Shown here: positions 56,030-64,000 of the stretch, one piece after another
Layout: every line of letters starts with the position of its first letter
How positions within the stretch are numbered: the stretch's first letter is position 1
NCBI GenBank assembly: GCA_028534125.1
Contig: CM052817.1
Coordinates: forward strand, 21,330,001-21,394,000
Length of the DNA stretch: 64,000 nt
Source of the DNA: Lama glama
Lineage: Eukaryota
Reading direction: 5' to 3'
Program-made: the position numbers and the translations under genes
The notes under the pieces: generated by a model
What the model was told of the DNA's origin: nothing
What the model saw: the letters and a program-made list of their open reading frames with translations, nothing else
The model's database searches: none

Positions 56030-56560
56030 ATGGGAGTAACTAGACTTACTGTAGTAATCACTTTGTAATGTGTAGAAATATCGAATAACTATGTTATACG
56101 CCAGGAACTAACATAATGTTGTATGTAGGTCAACGTTGTAGTCAACTTCAAAAAATTAAATAAATAACCAAACAATCGCATAAGAAGAAATCAGATTTCA
56201 GTCACCAGAGGTGAGGGGGTTGGGGGAGGGGGAATTGGATGAAGGTGGTCAAAAGGTACAAATTTCCAGTTATAAGATAAATGAGTGCTAGGGATATGAT
56301 GTACAACATGGTTAATACAATTAATACTGCTGCATGTTATATATGGAAGTTGTTAAAAGAGTAAATCCTAAGAGTGCTCATCACAAGGAAAACGATATTT
56401 TTTTCTTTTTCTTTTGTTTTGTATCTCTATAAGATGATGGATTTTTTCAAACTTGTGGTAATCATTTCATTATGTATGTAAGTCAAATCATTATGCTGTA
56501 GACCTTAAACTTATACAGCACTGTATGTCAATTTTATCTCAAAAAAATTGGAAATCAAAT
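56030..56560 (+). mobile_element. L1 3'UTR (L1MC/MA-like)
   Basis: gtcaaaaggtacaaatttccagttataagataaatgagtgc...accttaaacttatacagcactgtatgtcaatt. Confidence 0.8.
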
Positions 56561-58699
56561 CAAATCAAATCCAAATAAATAACTACATGAATAATATAAA
56601 TAAAATTCATAGAAGTTTAGATTAAAGAATTGCCCCAGTTATTCTGAATATACTAACTAGATGTATTGTTCAGACAACTTCAAGTTAAAAAACTAAAATA
56701 GCTTTTAATACAAAATTTGTTTTAACACTGGTCTTTCAGCCACTGAGATCACTCCATGGGTAAATAAATGTAGTAATGTTTTTGTGTTACGTTTCCAGAT
56801 ACACACACATCTCCCTTTTTCACTCTTTTAAGAAAATGTTACCATTGTGTACACATTGTTTCTCATATTGAAATTTTTCCTTTAACAAAAATATTGTCTT
56901 TCAATTCCTTTACATGAATAAGTTTTGTTCCATTGCATTATTTTTTATTTTGTTAAATCTGCCAACCGTCAAGGATCATTTAGGTTTGTTTTATCCCTGG
57001 TCATTTATTATTACAATCAATTTTATACAATGTAACCTGGCATAAATATACCTAATCAAGTATTTCTGACTTGAAAAGTGAAATTTCTGAATTAAAAAGG
57101 CAAAGCATAAATGTAATTCTAATTTTGGTAGATATTAACAAATTGACTTTCATGAAGTTGTACCAATCCACATAGGCAAAAAATGGCATTTTGTTTTCAT
57201 ATTAGTATTTTCATAACAGTAATTCCTTTCTCATTTTTAATAACAACTGGATAGTAGCTTTTGTACAATGTTAAATGACAATAACAACATGAGTATTCTC
57301 ATCACTTTGCTTATTTAATGGGAATGTCTCTATTTTCCCCAAACGGAGCCAGTACTGGTTTTGAAAATGATTTTTTTTTTTATTTTTTGGTTAGAAAATA
57401 CCCCATATATACATATGTAGTTCTTGAAAATGATGTTTTAATAAATGCACTTTCAGCTTTTCTGAAACTGGAAATATTATTTTTTTCTTAAATTAACAAG
57501 GTAAATTACCGTGATAGATTTCCTAATATTGCACTATCCTTGCATTCCTGGATTAAATAAAACTATCCCTTTTCCCAAAAACAAGATGAAGACACAAAAA
57601 TATTAAAAATAAAACTTCTTTCTTCTAGGATAATGAGGTTGTCTGGCTTTATTGTGTGCAGAATATATTTCAGTAAAATACATTTTGCTATGGTTTTAGA
57701 ATTATAAAATTGATGCTACATTACATGTTTCATAGGTGTAAATAACACTAAAATTACAAACAGGCATTTTAAAGTGATCTTCTGCATTACTTGATAATTT
57801 TAGTTTACTTTTTTCAGTTTTTTTATTATTATAATTACCCAGTTTCATTATTTTCATTTTATATCTTCAAGTATAATTTTATTTTTAATCTTATTTTCAA
57901 ACAATAATATTCACTTTGTCTACCTGTGTCTTAAATAGATCATAGTCACATATTGTTCTTTTAATTCAAGTGAATTATTGTAGCAAATATTTTTTGCCCA
58001 ATGTATTTATTGCTATAAAAAATGACTACTAATTCTATCATACTATATTTATTTTACTTTCTGTGTGTATTTTTAAATACCTTTATTATTTCTGCATTTT
58101 TGCTTTGAGTGTGGTAGGTTTTTATGTTAGTACATTTTGCTCTAGTAATTAACTATGTAACCTTATATTTGATACCTCAAATCTTCTACTTAAAGTTTTA
58201 TTTCCTAATGTAGATGTTTATGTTCCTTCTTCCACCACATCCTTGTTTTCTCCACTAATTATTTTGCATCAGTTATAATTTCTGTGTTTATATTTTTAAA
58301 ACAGTATTTTAGATAATTTATTTGCTTGATCAAGGATAATATCCCTCACCCAATGAGATCAGACAATTTAATTATCTCCCATTTCTTTCCCAATTTCCAT
58401 TGTAAAAATTAACATATTTTCTTCTAACCAAACATGATTTACAGAAAGGGAAAGCAGATATAATTTTTAAAACATCTTCAAAGAAAAATTTTTCAAATGT
58501 TTCTTATTACACTGTTGATAAGGAAACCAATTCTGCTAGTAATAAAGTAATTTTTACATTGTAATTATTTTCACCTGTCAGAGTTTTTGAAGAATATGAA
58601 AATTATTGCCAACTTTAATTTTATTTCAAAAAAGTTATTAGAGATTTAAAAAATTTCAAATTCTGCAATTGTTAACATCATAATGGAAAGATACCATAT

Positions 58700-59212
58700 T
58701 TGATTTCTACTGCTGCTGTGACAAATTACTATAAATTTAGGAGCTTTAAATAACATGTATTTATTATTTTTTGTAAATGAGTTTTGTAGCTGAGAAGTCT
58801 GACAGCTAAAGATCCCACTGGGCTAAAAATTAAAATGTCTGAATAGTTGTAGTCATTTCTGAGGCTCTAGGGGAAATGTTTCCTTGCCTTCACAATTCTA
58901 GAGGATTCCCGCTTTCCTTGGCTCATGGCTTCTTCCATCTTCAAAGCCAACAATGTTGGGCTGAGTCCTCTTCAGCCTTTTCTATGGTTGTCTTCTATTC
59001 CCTCTTCCACATTTTATGTATTCGTTGAGCCCAGCCAAATAATCCAGGATAATCTATTTTAAAGTGAGTTGATCAGCAAACTTAATTCCATCTTCAGACT
59101 TAATTCTGCCCCTCTCCTCAACCCCACTTGGCCATGTTGCATAACATAGTCATAGGCTCCAAGCATTAAAATGTGGATCTCATTGGAGGAGACTTTATTC
59201 TGCCTCCCACAC
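58700..59212 (-). mobile_element. MaLR LTR (MLT1D-like)
   Basis: tgctgctgtgacaaattac...tttctgaggctctagggg...ttattctgcctcccaca. Confidence 0.8.
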
Positions 59213-60929
59213 ATATCCTCCACTATTCATCATGAAATTCAGTGTTAGTTGTTTCTCATCAACTGACCAGTGCTGTGGCCAAATACAAATGATTTAATCT
59301 TTCTGAAATATTTTTCCTTATGGAGAAAATGAATGTTTTTTTTGATAAACTCAGTCTTCATGTCTTGATATGGGTTTAGTGACTGCATTTTTAAAGCTGT
59401 TAATTTAAGCATTACATATAATTTTATATTTGAAAATTTTATCCTTGTCAATATCCTACCTCTCAAGCAATTAAAATGCAGTGATGAGCAAAATAATCAG
59501 TTTCTTTTAAGTGTTTTACTTGTGGATGAGATAAAAAAGCAGAAGGTCTAATGTAGATGTTTATGTTCCTTCTTCCAAAAGAAACCAGAATCAGTTTTAT
59601 TCTTATAACCCTACCTTTCAGCTAAGGAAATAGAAATGTTTGGCAAAAATATTCATTGCAGAAAAGTACATAGCTCTTAACAATCAGATTTTTGAAGATC
59701 ATTCAACAACATCTCATAATTTTCTGAAAATAAAAGATACTAATACTTTAGTTTCATATTAGTAATTCTGTTTGTTTAAAATGCTTGTAAAACATCATAC
59801 ATGGACTCAAATTAAATATAACTAATTAATCAGCACAATTTTCTCTTGGGATATCCTATATATAATATTCATATATTTTTTCTTTTAACCTCTTTGTATT
59901 TTTTACTTACTACATTGAGATCATATAATTATTGCTTCAATAAAAATACTTTAAAGAAATGTGCAGATTTGTAAGATATAAGACAATGCATTTGTTAGGA
60001 AGTTAAATTAGTAACATAGTCCCATGGATAGTTAATACCTAACCGAGAAGCAACTACAGATATTTTTGTTAACACAACATTTTAATCCATCTGTCATTAT
60101 CCAGAAGTACAAAACCTATAAAACAACCATTTGGATACCTCAGTTTCAAACCACATTGCACAACTTGATTATTTTGTAACTTCAAACATACCAAGTCTTG
60201 ACCTCATAAATGTCTCCAGTTCAGTGATCCTTGGAATTTCTCTTATTCACCAGCCACTTTCTATCTTCATTTTATTCCCCACAAAGTTTAGGTTCTATGG
60301 GCACCATTTCTATAACTTTCCTTCCAATATATTAAATGTCCTTACCCCTTCAAGTTAAATTTCCATTATGTCCCTCTGGCTAAAACTCATTCCTGATTGA
60401 GTTAACCACTGACATTTCACAGCTCTATCACACGTCCTAAATACTTCAATGAAAAAAAAAATCGCATGCCTATTTATGTTAACAACACTATATTTTCAGG
60501 ACCATTGGCTATAGTTCTAACTTGCAAATCTGTAAACCAATGAAACAATGTTTTTCTACAAGACACTTCTATTTTTTTTTTCATGAACATAGTTGGAAGT
60601 ATTATCCACTTTCTTCAAATTTCCAGTTGTGTCCTTGACTACCACCTTACACTTAATTATCTGACCTCTTACTTGCTGGATAACATAGAAGCCATAATGA
60701 AGACAACACCACCACCACTCTATATTGATGTTTTCCTTCATCCATCAACAGATATAGGTATCTACAGCCACACCCAAGCACATCACATCTTTCAGAATTG
60801 TGTTGAAATATCTTTTCTTCAGGGGTCTCTTTTCAATTCTCTCCCACTTTGAGCTCATATTTCTTTTAATTCTTTAGTATAATTAGTTTTGCATTTTTTG
60901 GTTAGAATACAAGTATTTGTGTCTGTTCA

Positions 60930-61620
60930 CTCTGGCTTTGAGCTTTACATAATAAAAAGTATCCAAATGTACAAAACGCAGAGAAAGCAACATATGCCAT
61001 GTTCCCATCACCCACCATCAATGATGATACACATTCTATTATACTTGTTTCATCCATCCTCCCCATTTTACTGCAGTGTTTTAAAGCAGTTCCAGGGTAT
61101 CATATTATCTCATCATCAAATACTCCAATGCACATCTAATAATAGAGTTTTTCATAACCACAATACCATTATCATACTTAACACAATTAACAAAAATATT
61201 TGAATATCATCTAACATCCAGCCAATTTTCCATAATTGTATTATAAAATTAGTTAACTTACATTCAAATCAGGATCTAATCAAAGCACACTCATTCTATT
61301 TGGTTGTTGTATCTTTTGTATCTCTTTTTATCTAGAACATTTCTGTCCCCTCTGCCATCTTTTTTTTTCCCCACAGGCATTAGCTTTTGAAAAAATGAGG
61401 TCAGTTTTCCTAAAATGTCTGGTATTCTGCATTTGACTGATTACTTTTTTGAGGTATGGCATTTATTGTTTATATTTTCTCCATATTTTCTTTAAACTGG
61501 AAGGGAAAAGCATTGTTTGAATTTAGATCCAATTTTGGAAGCTAAAGTATTTCACGGGTAGGCTGTGTATTCATTTATTCACATTGCTTTACAGCATCAT
61601 AAGGCACGTATCCCTAATAC
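60930..61620 (-). mobile_element. Old L1 (L1MC4/ME-like) 3' fragment
   Basis: ttttcataaccacaataccattatc...ttcaaatcaggatctaatcaaagc. Confidence 0.6.
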
Positions 61621-62267
61621 TGTCATTTTTGTCTTTTAAAAATGGGTTACCTGTGCACATGACTCAAAAATTTTCTGAGTACTATGCCCAAAATGGTGGC
61701 ATTCCATTGGCTTATGAAATGTAAATAAAATTACTCTCTCAAAAATCATACTAAAAATTGGAATAACATGGCTTTTATTAACAGCATCTTAGGTTGTTCA
61801 GCCAGATAAATTTGAACTTCCTTTTGTATTATTTCCGTAGTAGGAGGAGTCCAAGTTGTACACCCACATTTTTTGTTCAACATCATTTTCCTTTGATAAA
61901 TGATTTTGATTTTTACCAGAAGATTTAGCTATTCTGTATTTAAGCTGTTGGCTAAATTTTCAAACTAGATTTTAAAATAAAAAATTATGTTTTTTGTTCA
62001 AACAACATCCTGCAACAAAATTACTTATTTTGGGGGAAGCATATCTTTATCATTTCCTTATTTATGACACAAATAGTTTACATCGTTCAGTCCTGAAAAG
62101 ACCTCACAATATACGCAATGGCTTTTATCATTTTTCTTTGTAAGTCTCCTCAAATTCTTAGAATTTGATGTATTTTACGAAAATACGAATGTCACAGGTA
62201 ATCGAGATAGTCCCCTTACATTTTTACTATTAACTCCTTCAAAACGAAACAGAAACAAAACACTCAC

Positions 62268-62349
62268 CTGTAATCCAGAGAAGTGGGGCTTTTCTTTACA
62301 TTTTTCTTTGTCCTAATTTGTAGGGAAATCGAACTTCAGCTTCCAGTCA
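62268..62349 (-). pseudogene. Decayed cadherin exon
   Basis: Acceptor ttgttgttAG (62350-62351; alternative at 62313-62314) and consensus donor CAG/gtgagt (62262-62267). SSISLQIRTKKNV-EKPHF resembles S..L.I.I.DVNExPxF. Confidence 0.55.
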
Positions 62350-63552
62350 CTAACAACAACAACAACAAAAAGATAATGAAGCATTATGTACAGCTGCTAA
62401 GTGATTTCAATACATATTCTAAGAGTATTCAACCTCATCACCCTTTCATTCCAAATGCTCTTTTAAAACCATGCATGCTCTGTCACAGCTGAAGAAGATT
62501 TTAGAGATTTTCCACTCAAACCTCATCATTATACAGATGAGAGAAATGTGGCCAAGAGCAGGTGGGTGGATTTTCTGAAGAGTTAAATGCTAATTACAGG
62601 CACAGCTGGTACTAGAGTAAGTGTCTCCTAGTGGTCAATATACTACTTTCCCAATTACTTACATTCTTTGCTGCTTTCATTCCTATGTGCTTTGTAGTTA
62701 TTAGAACTAAGATGTAGATGATTGAATCAAATTGTCTTGAACATAAAAGAAAGTCAATAGTGGTTAGTAAATTAATTTGTTTCAGCTATTTAGTAGGTAA
62801 AAAACATAACTATACTTAAGTACCTTCCAAAGAGTGTATTCCTTTGAGAGTTCTATGCAGGGTTTTCACAGTGAACTCATCTCCCACTCTTTTAACTGGT
62901 AACAGCCTTTAGCTACCAAAGAATTATTAATGCAACAAATGTAACAATTACTTTTATTTTTTATAAAGTTATTGTATTCATGTTTTTTAACTGTTTTGTA
63001 TGTTTCTTTCTATCCATTAAGGTATCTTTGTAAATTAAAACAAAAATATATATAAAGATAAAAATATTGTCCCAAAACTCAAAAATCTAGAAACAAACAC
63101 TTAATAGATGGTAAATATATACTTGTTATCTCCATGTAAAACATCAAATTTTATGACTACTTTTATAATGCTCCATTATAACAGTAAGTTTCAACATAAA
63201 TTTTTCCTAAGCTTATTTTTAATCACTACAAAGTATCCAATTTACCCAGCAATTAGAATAAACTTCTCAATCTAAAATGATTATCTTAATTTCTGTCCAT
63301 GTGAATGGAAATACATTATAAAGTATATGACTAGATAAATCCTCTTCAAAAGATTTGCCACACTGATTTCCATAAACAATATGACAAATTCTATCCATGG
63401 ATATAGTGTTAAAAAAAGTGAGAATTTCACTGAACACTAAACATTATCATATGTGTTTTTCAAATTTCATGAGCGACAAATGGCAATCTAGTGTTGTTTA
63501 ATTTATGCTACTTTAGGTATTTTGCTCATTTTTGATTAGTTTTTTTGTTGTT

Positions 63553-63690
63553 ATTAAAAAAGAATGAAATACTGTCATTTGCAGCAACATGGAAGGATCT
63601 AGAGATTATTATATAAGTAAAGTCAGTCAGATAAAGACAAATATATGATATCACATGTGGACTCTAAAAAAATGACACAAATTTACACTC
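63553..63690 (+). mobile_element. Short L1 fragment
   Basis: aaaaaagaatgaaatactgtcatttgcagcaacatggaaggatctagagattattat. Confidence 0.8.
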
Positions 63691-64000
63691 TTAATTATAG
63701 TGAGAGTAACAACAGAATATACTTTCACAGTGCTTAATTATCGTATAAAATTCTCAAGAGGCCCATTTCAAGTATGCTTCATATTAATCACTTTTTCTAT
63801 CCCCTCTTATTTTATAATATGGGAAAATGTAAATTGCAAGATCAAGATGGCTCAACAGCATTTTTATGTGTATTACAAACTACACCATTTGCAGAGACAC
63901 AGATTTGTTGCATAATTCAACTTGCAACTGAACCATTAGATATAGTTGTTTAGAATAAAGGGACTAGTGGGTAACTACCAAAATAAATTCATATGCATTG

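Larger units (their letters stand above)
2030..62349 (-). pseudogene. Decayed multi-exon cadherin-repeat gene (non-classical cadherin / CDHR- or CDH23/FAT-like), probable unitary pseudogene; likely extends beyond both ends
   Basis: At least 12 non-repeat segments, all on the minus strand, translate (with stops/frameshifts) into cadherin EC motifs. Several keep polypyrimidine-AG acceptors and GT(A/G)AG donors. The family assignment comes from by-eye motif recognition; the orthologue is not identified. Confidence 0.75.

Noticed and set aside
2030..62349. Assigning a gene symbol (e.g. CDH23, FAT4, CDHR17) to the cadherin relic
   Set aside because: The peptides are too decayed and no flanking genes are visible; orthology cannot be established without a search.
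1..64000. Prokaryotic-type systems (CRISPR, operons) or structural RNA genes
   Set aside because: The sequence is mammalian; no repeat-spacer arrays, rRNA or tRNA genes seen. The only tRNA similarity is the ERV PBS.

Overview
AT-rich mammalian genomic DNA, probably camelid: the short L1 3' tails at ~13000, ~31350 and ~51355 resemble camelid/cetartiodactyl L1 ends, and I saw no Alu, Bov-A/B, CAN or PRE SINEs. I found no intact protein-coding gene. Much of the window is old interspersed repeat: L1, L2, MIR, MaLR/MLT LTRs, MER3/MER33, a Tigger2a-like MITE, a class I ERV provirus with two LTRs, TSD and tRNA-Ser PBS at 3175-6288, and a class III ERVL provirus at ~40790-43311 split by a 500-N gap. 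The main hidden signal lies in the unique DNA between the repeats. There the minus strand carries a long series of heavily decayed exons, many still bounded by AG/GT, whose translations give successive cadherin-repeat motifs (LDRE/DYE, xVxAxD, DxND/NExPxF, VxEN..G, AxDxD, GN..F.LD..TG.I). Together they outline a large multi-repeat cadherin-family pseudogene running from beyond 62.3 kb to about 2 kb. All translations were done by eye and some need frameshift stitching, so the gene's identity and exact exon limits need a tBLASTn/HMM check.
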